From positions 868,001 to 932,000 of the forward strand of contig CP089281.1 of the NCBI GenBank assembly GCA_023920165.1: a stretch of 64,000 bases of DNA, written 5' to 3'. The notes under the pieces are model-generated. The model did not search any database. It saw only the letters and a program-made list of their open reading frames with translations, and was not told the origin of the DNA. Positions 21,920 to 33,435 of this stretch are shown here, one piece after another (position 1 is the stretch's first letter; every line of letters begins with the position of its first letter). The position numbers and the translations under genes are program-made. Origin of the DNA: Curvularia clavata. Lineage: Eukaryota.

Positions 21920-24900
21920 CTACACATCCCAAACGGGCGGCACCCACTCCTGTCCCGGATAACTCGTCGCCTTCATGACCGGCTCATCATCTTCTAGCGC
22001 CGAAAGCTCAAACACCTGCCTACCATTCTGACCCCCTCTCTGCTGCTGGTCCCAACTCGCAGCACTACTGCTATTGAAACTCCCCCTCACACTGTGCAAA
22101 CTACTCACCTGCCCTCCGCTGGAGACACTGCGTTCTAGTTCTCGGGCTCTCGCACGCGCGGCCTCTCGCTCCTGGCGCTCGCGGATCATGGCTTCGCGAC
22201 GCGTTTGTTCGCGCTGGAGGCGCTCCATGTGCAGGATGTTTTCTTGCTGGAGGAGTTGGCGGCGGAGGGATTCGGCACCCATATCGGAAAGAGTCCGTTG
22301 AGGGGAGGCGGCCATGGAGGCGGGTTGAGGATGTTGCAGCATGCCGATGGAGGGTTGGCGAGGGCGGGAGTTGGGACGTTGTTGGCTGGGCTCTTCACGG
22401 TCGATTTCATGGTTGATTTCGCGGTCGACGTCGGTGTTGATGTTGGGGGGTCGGACGGCGTCAGGGCGGCTTTTGTTCATGCCTTCATTGGGGACGCCGA
22501 TACCGTCGTAGGATGGGGGTGCTTCTTCAGGTACTTGGGCGTCATATTGTGGTGCCCTGTCTTGTGGATCCTGATGCGCGTGGTCTGTTGGAGTGGGGTT
22601 TCGGTAGTGTTGATGTCCGTTGGTTTGGTACGTTTGCGTATCATGGAAACTAGTTCCTGATGGAGAGTGCGGTGTTTTGGGCGGTGGATCCGATGGACTA
22701 GTCACTCTCATAGAGTTACGCGAGGGAGGCAGAGGGTATGCTGCGGGTTGTGGTGATGATTCAGGGCGGACCGGGATTTGTTGCTCGTAAGCTGGGTGAC
22801 GGCGAGTTGGTAATGGCTGTTCATAGTAAGGTGGCCCAGACCGTGGATTTGCGTAAGCCTGCGAAGAGCTTGTAGGCAAGATCTCTCGAAATCCACCATG
22901 TGCGTGGTCATGTGGCGCAGTGTTATTGGGCATTTGCTGCTGAGGAGCTGTATGTGGTGAAGGTGATCTGGCAGCCCGTTCAGCTTGTTGCTGTTGTTGA
23001 GCATTGAATAGATCTTGCATGTACTGTCCTTGTCGCGCTCGAACAATCTCTTGTTCAGTAGCTCCAGCCGGCAAGTTGAGATGCCATGGACGATCTTGCT
23101 GTTGCACCTCTGAAATGCTGCTCATTCTTGGTCTGTGGGCCCGGTGAATGTTCGGGTGAGGCATAGGATTGGGCGGTGGAGCAGACTGTACTAGGGGCGA
23201 TACCAGATGCATGGTGTTGGCGTCTGAGTATGTAAAGTGACTAGGATGCATGTGGGATTGCGGGGACATTAAGGGCGAAACGATTGGTGTCCAAGGGTCT
23301 GAAAACTGAGTCCTAGTATGACTGGGTAAGGCATGCGATTGGTGTACATGTTGAGGTGGGTACATGGGTTGCTCTTGTCGGGCGGACGGAGCTGTATAAG
23401 CTCCAGATACATGACTGTACGCGGCAGGTATCGGAGGTGCTTCGTACCTGGGCTCTGGAGGAGCAGCATACTGGATGTTGTAGCCATACTCTGGCCTCGA
23501 AGGGCTGTTTGGCCCTAACCAAGGCTGCTGTGCTGGGTGACCTGATTGCGGCTGCTGTATTGAATGACTTGGCAATGGTTGCGGCTGCTGCTCGTAGCGA
23601 GGATCTCTAGGATGGCCTTGCACATACGGGGCCTGCTCCCTTTGGCGCTGCGCTTGAAGCTGCTCATGTTGTTGTCGTGCCACTAAAGTGGCGATATAAG
23701 CTCCTCGCTCGTCATGGGGTTGCTCAGCATTAGGGCGGTAGTACTCTCGGGGAGGATCCGATGGTGCTCGATGCATGAGATCTGGCCGTGGAGCTTGCTG
23801 TTGCCCAAGAGAACTCGTACGAATATGTTGATTGCCAGCCTGTGGAGCGTGCTGACTCCGTTGCTGAGCCTGGTGTTCCTGTGCTAATTGCTTCGTGCTC
23901 AGAAATGCAGATCTCTCTGAACGGGTCTCAGCCACCGACTGTCGAGGCGACTCCACTTGTTGCGGCTTTCGCTCCTGCAGCGGCCTATACATTTCCTGTA
24001 CGGGATCCCGTTCATGAGAGATTCGAGGTTGTGCGGCGCGTTTTTGGGCTTTGAGTGCTTTCTTGTCCTCTTTTGGCGATGACAGTTTGGTCGCGCTGTC
24101 AGCGCTTGGGCCATCTTTACCAAAAATTAAACCTAGACCAGAAAACCTTTTCTTACTCGCTGACATTGCATCGGGCTGAGGTGGTTGAATAGGCGGGTTT
24201 TGGACGTTGGCTGTCGATTGGAATTGATGGTAAGGAATGCTGTAGATGGGCGCAGGCTCCTTGTGTTTCCTTCGGTCGAAAAAGGATCTTTGACTGCTCT
24301 GCGACACCTGATCGGAGCCTTGGCGGCTCTTTGATGAAAAGAATTTCGAGTGTTCTTGCTTTTCAGCAGAAACATTTGAATCGATCGTCTTGTTGTCTTC
24401 ACTAGACCGATGCTGTGAACTGGGGTGGCTGCTTCCCCCAAACATCTTGAACTTCGTCGACATCTTGGTTCTCGAAGAACTCTTCTCACGTGCCTTTGAC
24501 GTTTCATGAACAGATGATTGGGCCGATATTGTCGATTGCCAATCCTGCTGCTGAAACCCTAGTTGGTTCTCTGATCCCTGTTCTGCGTTCTGACGTTCAG
24601 AGGGATGTCTTGGGGTTGGTTCCTGCGCATGGTCCGGTATAATCTGAGGGATTTGCGGGACTCTTTTGGCCTGAGGTTGGTATAAAGCTAGATCCGAGAC
24701 GTGAGTATTCTGAGGTGGTTGGCCGTGTATACCCTGTGTCTGTGACAGTAGTTCTCGAGAGTTTGCTTCACCAGAAAATTGAGATTGGTCAGTGTCTTCA
24801 TGCCTCGCTGGTAATGTCGGATCTGGAGATTTGAGAGCCCGAAGCGCATTTTTCGGTGGAGGAGTACCAGGCGTAGCTGGCGATGAAACAGGACTCCGTG

Positions 24901-25699
24901 GCGGGTCCAGGTGAGGTGCAGGAAGATCAGAGTACACCGTGCCTTGCTGCGATGAGTGGCGCTGGTCGACATGATTTCCGTGCTGTCCTGACGCCCGGAA
25001 AACTCGTACATCGTCTGGAATGGTAGGTTGGTTAATTTGATCCTGAGGCTTTCCATCCTGGTCCGTGGATCCGGCGATGAAGCTCATTGGACGTTCGGTG
25101 CTGTACCTTGGCTGCTCAGCGTCCTGGGATTCGCGTGCAGCCTCAACATTTGCGGCCTCGGACTTTGTGGATTCATGTTGCGGCGCTGGACCGGCTTCTG
25201 CAAGCCGCAAAGGTTTGCCAGTCTCGTCGCACAAGTCTTTTACAATCCCGTCGCCGTCCGCGTAAAGGTCGAGGTCATTGCCTTGGCCATTAGGGGCGCG
25301 ATGGCGGTGCGACGCGGGATTCTCCTCTTGAATCTGTGCCGGAGCTCTTGAGCGCCTGGATGAAAAAGCAGGCCGCATGCGACGGGTTGTCGACGGGGTT
25401 GATCGTCTGATAGAATTTCGAGAGACTGGGACGCTGCCTTCATCGGAGACCATGGCCGATATCTGCGAAAGGAGAGAGCCTGACTTTGCTGGAACGGCCA
25501 TGGTAGGGTTTGACGGCGGCAACGTGGATGGGTTGGTTTTGGATTCCAGGGCTTTATTTTCAACGTGCGCATGTCTATCTGGTGTTGCGCTCTGCGAATC
25601 GTCGTCACGCCATGCTGGAGCCTCTGGCGTCTCGGACTGGCTCGGGGCGATGGGCGGAGCCTGGGTACGAGGCGTGACGAGGCCACTCTCACCGTTCAT
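21920..25699 (-). CDS. Large Q/P/S-rich intrinsically disordered protein (1259 aa)
   Basis: 3.8-kb uninterrupted ORF with a short coiled coil near the C-terminus, ending EDDEPVMKATSYPGQEWVPPVWDV. The 5' end may instead use ATG-CAG plus an intron from the GTAAGC donor at 25712. Confidence 0.8.
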   Translation of the reverse strand: MNGESGLVTPRTQAPPIAPSQSETPEAPAWRDDDSQSATPDRHAHVENKALESKTNPSTLPPSNPTMAVPAKSGSLLSQISAMVSDEGSVPVSRNSIRRSTPSTTRRMRPAFSSRRSRAPAQIQEENPASHRHRAPNGQGNDLDLYADGDGIVKDLCDETGKPLRLAEAGPAPQHESTKSEAANVEAARESQDAEQPRYSTERPMSFIAGSTDQDGKPQDQINQPTIPDDVRVFRASGQHGNHVDQRHSSQQGTVYSDLPAPHLDPPRSPVSSPATPGTPPPKNALRALKSPDPTLPARHEDTDQSQFSGEANSRELLSQTQGIHGQPPQNTHVSDLALYQPQAKRVPQIPQIIPDHAQEPTPRHPSERQNAEQGSENQLGFQQQDWQSTISAQSSVHETSKAREKSSSRTKMSTKFKMFGGSSHPSSQHRSSEDNKTIDSNVSAEKQEHSKFFSSKSRQGSDQVSQSSQRSFFDRRKHKEPAPIYSIPYHQFQSTANVQNPPIQPPQPDAMSASKKRFSGLGLIFGKDGPSADSATKLSSPKEDKKALKAQKRAAQPRISHERDPVQEMYRPLQERKPQQVESPRQSVAETRSERSAFLSTKQLAQEHQAQQRSQHAPQAGNQHIRTSSLGQQQAPRPDLMHRAPSDPPREYYRPNAEQPHDERGAYIATLVARQQHEQLQAQRQREQAPYVQGHPRDPRYEQQPQPLPSHSIQQPQSGHPAQQPWLGPNSPSRPEYGYNIQYAAPPEPRYEAPPIPAAYSHVSGAYTAPSARQEQPMYPPQHVHQSHALPSHTRTQFSDPWTPIVSPLMSPQSHMHPSHFTYSDANTMHLVSPLVQSAPPPNPMPHPNIHRAHRPRMSSISEVQQQDRPWHLNLPAGATEQEIVRARQGQYMQDLFNAQQQQQAERAARSPSPHTAPQQQMPNNTAPHDHAHGGFREILPTSSSQAYANPRSGPPYYEQPLPTRRHPAYEQQIPVRPESSPQPAAYPLPPSRNSMRVTSPSDPPPKTPHSPSGTSFHDTQTYQTNGHQHYRNPTPTDHAHQDPQDRAPQYDAQVPEEAPPSYDGIGVPNEGMNKSRPDAVRPPNINTDVDREINHEIDREEPSQQRPNSRPRQPSIGMLQHPQPASMAASPQRTLSDMGAESLRRQLLQQENILHMERLQREQTRREAMIRERQEREAARARARELERSVSSGGQVSSLHSVRGSFNSSSAASWDQQQRGGQNGRQVFELSALEDDEPVMKATSYPGQEWVPPVWDV

Positions 25700-26462
25700 C
25701 GCGCCAGCTTACCTGCATCGGACAGCAGTAGTAGAGGTGTCTCACAGCGATGCCATGGTGCAGTGGATAGATCAGTAGTCGCTCGCACAGCGTGAGAAGG
25801 CAACTGGGCAACATGGCGCGTCTGCGAGGTGTCAGCGTCGACCCCCGCCAGATTGGGGCTTAGCCAAGTTTCCCCCGGGATTCGTGTTGCCCCAAGCTGC
25901 GCGCCTGAAGCCGTCGCAGTAGCAGCAATCTCCCCAACATCTCTCGAGTCAGGCCCTTGGGTTCCTGCGCACAGTCGATGAAAAACCTGTTGGCATTGGC
26001 GCCATGCTCATCCTCCGTAGCCCCAGGCCTTGCTTGGTAAACTACCCAAAACTGGGCCAGCCTTCAACTACTAGTTGCTCCCGTCTGACTGTGCGGTCGT
26101 CATCATCGCTGCTACGAAGCATTAGGCCGCCTTATGGCTATATACAACGAGTGGTTAACTTCTTATTCCACATGTCTTTTTTTTTTCAGTCATACATTCA
26201 TGGACGATACCTTGGCTGAGACTTCACCATCAAAACCAAGAACGATGGCTGGTGTAGTAGCAGTACTGGAAATTATATTCAAACATATACGCAAGGCTAC
26301 AACCTATACAATAGAAAAGGTACATGCAATCGCACAAGCATCAAAGCGCCGTATTGAGATTCCATACGGTCCATCCAGTTACGTCCCATAGCCCCTCCAT
26401 TAGAGAAGCCAGCCCTGGTATTATCCTGTTCATGCGTCCAACGCCAAACATAATAAAGGCGA

Positions 26463-29400
26463 CTATTTCTCCGCCTTTTCACGCCCAAAACGACTCTTGC
26501 CTTTAGCGAACAGACCCTTAGCACTCGTCATGCCCTTTCCGCCTAATACGTTGGCGGTATGCAAGAGATCTTTGCCCTTGAGCTGCACTTGCTGATTGAC
26601 AATGCGACCACTGAACCCTGATCCAGAAGGTGCACTGGCAGTGGGGGAGGTCGTGTTGTTGGGCACTGGCACACTGGCGTTGTTCTGTTCAGCACTAGGC
26701 TCATGGCTACTTGATCCACCCAGCTTTCCAAACAGTAAAGACCCAGTATGCCGATGGCGGGCAGATCCCGTAGGCATTCGTTGTACGGGGAATGTCTGCG
26801 TTGCCAACTCGGGTTTTGCCTCCAGGGTAGCTGTCAGCCAATCGCTCAGTCCGTGATCTACCGTGGCCCAGTATTCTCGGGATTTGTTATATGTTTCGAT
26901 CCTTTCTGTCGCCGAGTTGAGTGTCGCAATCTCTCGAGCACCCAAGGGCTTATCTGTAGTTGGTGACTTGACAGTAGACTCCTGGGTCGAAGTCACCGGA
27001 GGAGGAGTCTTAGGCTCCTCGTTCTGTACTTCTTTTGTCGGTTGTGACTCCGCTGGTTCCAATGTCGTTGTCTTTTCGGGCAACTCTGGTTCTTTAGATA
27101 TAGGTGGAGGTGGCTCTCGATCGGCGCTCAAGCGTGGAGGAAGATCTACAGCTTCAGGATTGGTTTCTGTATTGACAACGTGAAGACCGGGTGAACGTGT
27201 CGTCTCCCGGTTGAGACTGGACATGGAATGCACAGGATTCAGAGGCGCGGGAAGCTCCACTGGCTTGTCAAGGTCACTGACGGGATCAGGCTCAACGATA
27301 GTCAAGGAAGTGTCGGGCCCAATAGTGGAAACCGATAGACCCTCAGAAGACGGCAGCTTTTTCGGTTCTGCAGTTTGCTCGGCAATTGCGGGAGCTTCTG
27401 TAGGTTCCTGTGAGGCTTTGGTAGGCTCTGATGTAGAGACTTCCTTTGCCAATTCACCCGGTAGTTGTAATGGTGAGTTGTTTGCCTCCCAACTGAACCG
27501 CTTGATGACAGGTTTGGTTGGGTCTTCAGATTGTGGAAGAAACGTGACAGTCGCAGCTGAAGGTGGCTCTTGAACTTTAATCTCGCTGCCGTGCGAAGAC
27601 CGACGGTCCTCGTCAGCCCAGTAACTCCTGTACTCACTCGGCAGAATAGAGCTGGCACGGTTTGTGCCCGGGCTGCCTGGTTGAAGCGGTGCTACACTTG
27701 GCTCATCAGCTGGTGACTCTGGAAGTTTCAGCGGGCTCAAACTCGCAACAATCTCCTTTCTCAAGCGATCACTTTCTTGGTCCTCACCCGAGGCATCAGT
27801 ACTCAATTGATGGTCGAGACTTGGGCGATCTTGGAGATCTTCCAACGGTTGGGGCAGCTCGGTTTCTTGAGTATCTTTTGCAGGGGGGGTGGGCGGCACG
27901 CTTGAACCAGATGATATGGTACGATCAAGTTGCAATGGCCTAGGCAGAAAGGCGTTGCCATGCTCGGTAGGTGTCTTCTGGTCATGCTGGTCATGCTGGT
28001 TCTCTGGTGAGTTGTCATCCGCGCCAATAGTCGTACGGAAGGATTCGACCATTGCGGCTCCAGCTTTCTTGAGTGCAGCCATAGGGTCGGTGTTATCCGC
28101 ATCCGTCGAGCCAACATCAGTAACCGGATGCTTAGCAGTGGTGGGCGTCAGATCGACCTTCTCCAGGGATGTCTCGTTATTATTCTCAGTACTTAATCCT
28201 CGATCCTGTTCTCCGTGTTCTGAAGGCGTCATCGCTGTGGTAGTGTATGACTCCCATTGCCCAGGCAGGTGAGGACGGAACTCTTTAACAGGACTGCTAG
28301 GCTTCGATGGACTGGCTTTTGTTGGAGATGCTGCACGTGAGTTGTCACGGCTTCGCTCCCACGACTGGATGCTGTTTCTTGAGTGATTTGATTGTGTCGA
28401 CCCCCGTCTTGAAGAGGATACATCGCCAAACTTGCCAGCCAGCGCCTGCACACGGCCTTTACTGGGCGATTCAGAACGGTCTCGTGGCAGTACGTCTTCG
28501 ATGGGAGATTGCGTCTTGTGAGATTCTAGGAACATGTTCTGTGACTGACGTTGCGCTGCTCCCAAGTCGGGGATTCCACTGTTTGGACGGCTATTGGTCG
28601 AAGTGGCAAGGTCCGCTTCGCGCGAAGCGTATGCGAGCGAGGGTCCTTGAAGCCCACCCTCCATATCTTTGGGGCTTGGGTCGTCTTCAGTCGAGAAAAG
28701 AGCTGATTTGGGCTCTGGGATGTCTCTGCTGGGCGCCAGCACCGGCGAACGAGCAGGGCTATCGCCATGTGTCGGCGTGGCAAGGCCGCTGCGTGGAGTG
28801 GATGAGCTTGAAAGATTACGGGAATGACTCGGGGAGTGTTTTCGTGGAACGTGATGCAGTGGCTCAATGTTGTTCTCTTGTGCTGGCTGGGCAACGGGTG
28901 TGGTGGTTTCACCAGGCTCTTCTTTGATGACGGGTGTGCTCCCTTCTGCTTGGTTACGCGTCTTCAGCGCTGAAGCTGCAGAGCTAGGAACGCGGCTCAT
29001 AATTGGACTAATACCAGAAGTACTTCCAGTATTACTTCTCAGGAGATCTGAACTCGTGTCATTTGATGTTGGTGTCGGCGGAACCGAACGCGAGTCATCA
29101 GTACGGGTAAACGCCTGGTCTACAACGGAGCGCAGGCCCTGGTCATCCGGTGGTGACACAGCGGGTTGTTCTTGGTGAGATGGCCGCGGGTCATTCTGGA
29201 TAGCTGTAGAATCGAATTCGGGTGGATACTCGCTCTTGCGCTCGGCAACTGTCTCCATGGGCTTGAGCGACTTGCCGCCTTCATGAGCTGCGTTTTCTTG
29301 GGTGGGCGATGAAAGGGAGTCTAGGCTGGGCCGTAATGACTCTAGTGAGCGGCGCTCCTGTTCCTCTTGGTGACGCTTGTATATGTCTGCTGGTCGTATA

Positions 29401-30101
29401 AAAGGCAGTGGTTTGTCAGATCCGCTACCAGTACGCTGTCGCGGAGAGGTCGCTATCGGTGAGCTTGCCTGGCCTATACTGCTTTTCCGTGGAGGGAACT
29501 GGGGGTTTGAAGGTGGGGTGAAATTGGCCGGGACCTGGGATATCCGCGTTTGCAGTGGCGCGGGTACCGCAGAAGGGCTGAAGTCTCCTCTCCCTCCTGT
29601 GTCGTAGCCATGACCAAAGCCCTGAGGATCCGAAGGTCTCCGGGGTTCTCGATTTGGTTGTCCATGGACTTGTTGGGAGGAGGGTATACTGGAAGAAAAT
29701 GCGCGCTGTTCCTCTCCTTTCTCGAACGAGTTCCTGCGGCCTTTGGGTAGTGGTGCCTGCAGGGAGGGGTCGGTGAAGCTTCGTGAGGGCTGCTCTAGAT
29801 TTTGGGCATAGTAGCGCTGGGCAGCAGGCTGGGCAGGATGAGGATCTTGGTTGACACCGTACTCGTCATATTCGTCGTACTCGCCCCAGTCATCGCCATC
29901 GTAGGCATTCTTCTTAGCCTGTACCCACTTCTTCGTCTTTGCGCGATTGACATTGGTCTTGAAGGACACGGGCTGGCCGGCAGAGAAAGGGGAGGCGCTT
30001 CGGTCGCTGGTTGGAGTAAGTCTCTGTAATAGGGCTGCACGGAGAGGTAGAACCTACAGCGGCGACCTGGCCTCTTCCTGGAAGCGGAAAGGGCCAGCCA
30101 T
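26463..30101 (-). CDS. Large S/P/E-rich intrinsically disordered protein (about 1190 aa)
   Basis: Exon 1 (ATG 30101, MAGPFRFQEEARSPL) and intron 30007-30057 join in frame to SFKTNVNRAKTKKWVQAKKNAYDGDDWGE. Motif islands include LPFIRPADIYKR, RPHLPGQWESY, ESDRLRKEIVASL and GKDLLHTA...KGLFAKGKSRF. Confidence 0.8.
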
Positions 30102-30923
30102 GGTGGATATCAAGTTGGGTGGATTGGGTAACTTCTCAGACCACAGACTGCAGCAGCATAGGGCTCCGCCGGGCTTAGCCCAAAGCCAGCTTTGTCCTAT
30201 AGCACATACAAAGGGGAGAGGGCGAGTGGGAGGCGGCGACGAGCGACGACGGACTCTACAGCGATAGTGCTCTCTGGCGGCGGCGCGAATGCAGGCTTTG
30301 GGTGGGTAGGGCTGCAAGACAGAGAAGTGGCTGGAGCAGGTTGGGAGGGGACTGGATGAGGGCGCGACCGAGCTTCCGTGGGGATACGTCACCTGGTGCG
30401 CACGACCAAGATTTAATCTCACCCTACACGGGAATCGGACCAGGCACGAATGGCCGATGGTGCGGGCAGTATGAGTGTACTGTGTATATGTGCATGTATA
30501 ATATAGGGAGACGGGGGCTGACGTGGTTGATTTTGTCGTCTTTGAACGCCTGCACATATGTACAAGCAAGTACGTACAACAGTGGGGGGCGCAGGGCCCA
30601 GCGCCACGAGGGCAGGCACGTTCCCCAGCCCGTGTGGCGCAGCCTGCCCTAAACGGAACCATCCGGACATGGGCCCCCTCTACGATCTAACCACGTTCCC
30701 CCAATCGTCCTCAACCATCCTTCACAATTTCCCACCGTTGCCGCCGTCTTTTCTTCCCCACGAACAAGCCCGACTTGTGCCGCCAACTTGTGCATATCCA
30801 GCAGCACGATCCACCTTGCCGTCAGAGTCGATACACACACACACCCGCTGCCCTGGCGCCGTTTCTGCATTGCCTGCGCCTAGCCACACTGCCCATCCGC
30901 GGCGCGCTGCCCCTTTCCGCCTC

Positions 30924-30941
30924 GACGACGACGACGACGAC
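30924..30941 (+). repeat. (GAC)6 microsatellite just upstream of SED5
   Basis: gacgacgacgacgacgac read directly. Confidence 0.8.
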
Positions 30942-31002
30942 TGGGCGTCTCGACGTCTCGACGCTTCTTCGATTCGTTCCTGCGCTGTAATCTGCCGGCG
31001 TC

Positions 31003-32089
31003 ATGGCCGTCTCCATCCAAGATCGCACAGAGGAGTTCCGCTCCATCCTCGCACATGCCCAGCGGGAACAGGCGCGGTCCAAGACGGGCGCCCAGAGGCA
31101 GTCGCTCTTGACAGCACAAGAGAAGGCACAGGCAAACCCTAGTCCGCGGCGTCAACGCTCCGAGTTTGCGCGCAATGCTGCAGAGGTGGCGCGAGGCGTC
31201 GCGAGCACAATGCAGAAGCTGGAGCGGCTCTCGCAACTGGCCAAGCGCAAGACGCTCTTTGACGACCGCCCGGTCGAGTTTGACGAGCTCACGTTTGTCA
31301 TCAAACAGGACATGGCTGCATTGTCCGGACAGGTGCAGGCGCTGCAGCAGATGAACGCAAAGTTGCACCCCAAGTCGAAGCCAGGCCTGGACCAAGAAGG
31401 CGAGCACAACAGCAATGTCGTCATACTTCTCAAGGACAAACTGCAGAACGTGGGCACAAACTTCAAGGACGTGCTCGAGGTGCGAACAAAGAACATGCAG
31501 GCGTCGCGCTCGCGGACTGAGCAGTTCCTCTCTTCGGCTGCACAGCAATCCCACAGCAGCCTCGACCCCGGCAGGACCGACTCACCACTCTACCAGACCC
31601 CGCAGCGAGGACGATCACCGGGAGGATTTGGCAGAAACACCAATGCAGTGCAGCAAGATTTGCTTTCGCTTGAGCCTTCGGGTTCTTCTGCCTTGACGCG
31701 CGGAGGGGCGCAATCGGATGCCCAGCTGATGCTCATGGAAGAGGCACAGCCGCAGAATGCCTACATCCAAGAGCGGGGGCGGGCTATTGAGTCGATTGAA
31801 TCCACCATTCAAGAACTTGGCGGTATCTTCAGCCAGCTTGCGCAGATGGTGTCGGAACAGGGCGAGCAGATCCAGCGAATTGACGCCAACACCGAGGACA
31901 TTGTGGACAATGTCGAGGGTGCGCAGCGAGAACTGATGAAGTACTGGAGCCGGGTCCAAGGCAACCGATGGCTTGTGGCTAAGATGTTTGGCGTGCTAAT
32001 GATCTGTACGTGTGGGCCCATATTTGATTCATCTGTCAATCAGCTAACAGGCAGCAGTCTTCCTACTTTGGGTACTCATTTCTGGGTAG
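31003..32089 (+). CDS. SED5: cis-Golgi t-SNARE syntaxin Sed5
   Basis: N-peptide SIQDRTEEF, LAKRKTLFDDRPVE and SNARE motif IESTIQELGGIFSQLAQMVSEQGEQIQRIDANTEDIVDNVEGAQRELMKY. Intron 32006-32057 completes the TM anchor MFGVLMIFFLLWVLISG*. Confidence 0.95.
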
Positions 32090-33435
32090 ACGCATGTATG
32101 TTTTCCCATGTCTGTGCATGACTGGCGTTGGGGAAGACAAGAAGCAATGGTGCCAGGTCGGCCTGGCACGGCTCGGGTAGAGCTCCTTGTCATACGAGGC
32201 GTTGGGCATGTTTTGGTTGGCTTTGTATTCTTCTCATCTTCTTTGTGTTGACTAAACTTTTTATCTCATTCACATGAGCATCAACGAGTCCACGCCGCGG
32301 CATGAGTGGACTCTCTAGACCTTGTAATAGAACGCAGCTTTTTCCTTTGTTGCCATGTACGAGGACATGTTATACATTGAGTGGTCAGGACATGGTTTTG
32401 CTAGCCGGAGATATGTAGTAGTCTGTCTGTCTGTGCTCAGCGATTTAGCTGCATATGTATGTGCGACGTGCGGGCCGGTACAAGTACAGATTTAGTCGCC
32501 TAAATGGGCAGTAACACCATGACGCTTGAATCAGACGTGAGCCGCGTGCATGTCGTGCTCGCATTCGAGGTGGAGCATGCCATGACGGGCAGCATTCAGC
32601 CTTGGCCGTGACTGCCGGACAAGGGGCTTGATTGGCCGTGGCCAAGGACATGGTGCTCAAGCTGGATTGGCGGTTGTATCACCAACGTCGCGACGAAATA
32701 TCGAGGTGAGTAAGCCGCTAGGCCCAATGGGCATTGCCGGCGATACAAGCCGTCGACAGGTGGAGGCCATGATACGGCCGTGGTCCAAGAGGGAAATGGA
32801 TAGGCACTGATAGCGGGGACTGGCAAGCTGACGGTTTGACAGACGCCACGGCACGGCTCACAGTTCGAGGTTGACCATGATGGCGTAGCCCTATGCCGCA
32901 GACGTGACGACAAGAGCCGGCGCCACGTCGGCGGGACTCGCATGGCGTCGAGAGAGAGGTAGCCATGGTTTACCACTGCATCAACCACACCGTTTCGGAA
33001 ACATGATGGCAAGCCAGCCATGGACGCCGCAAAAAACAAAGAAACAATACGGGCAACACGGCCGTCCTGGTACCTGGGCTGGGGCCCGTCGCCCGCCCCC
33101 TGTCTGCTTGACCTTGACCTGACCATGGCCGATGCCCACCACATGATCACGAGTTGCCTTTTCTCCCTCTGCTCCCCCCCACACTAGGAGTAGCGCCCAT
33201 CTCTCCACCGTCCACTGGCCGTCGAGTCCTCTCACCGACTCGAATCGACTGAACTTTGTGACGCCTGACCCGGCTTGCCGTGTGCTGGCCGCGCCTGCGC
33301 CTGCTCGACTACATACTAGCCAGCGCCAACGTCGCTTCCGCTGCCTGCATGAAGACGGCCGCCGCCTCCTCCTCTTCTTCCTGACATCACCAACGACCGC
33401 CCACCTCTCTCTGCATGCATGCGCGCTCCGGCGCA

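Noticed and set aside
21180..21920. AT-rich stretch as a possible RIP-degraded transposon
   Set aside because: No terminal repeats or transposase/RT remnants; consistent with UTR/terminator DNA with homopolymer runs.
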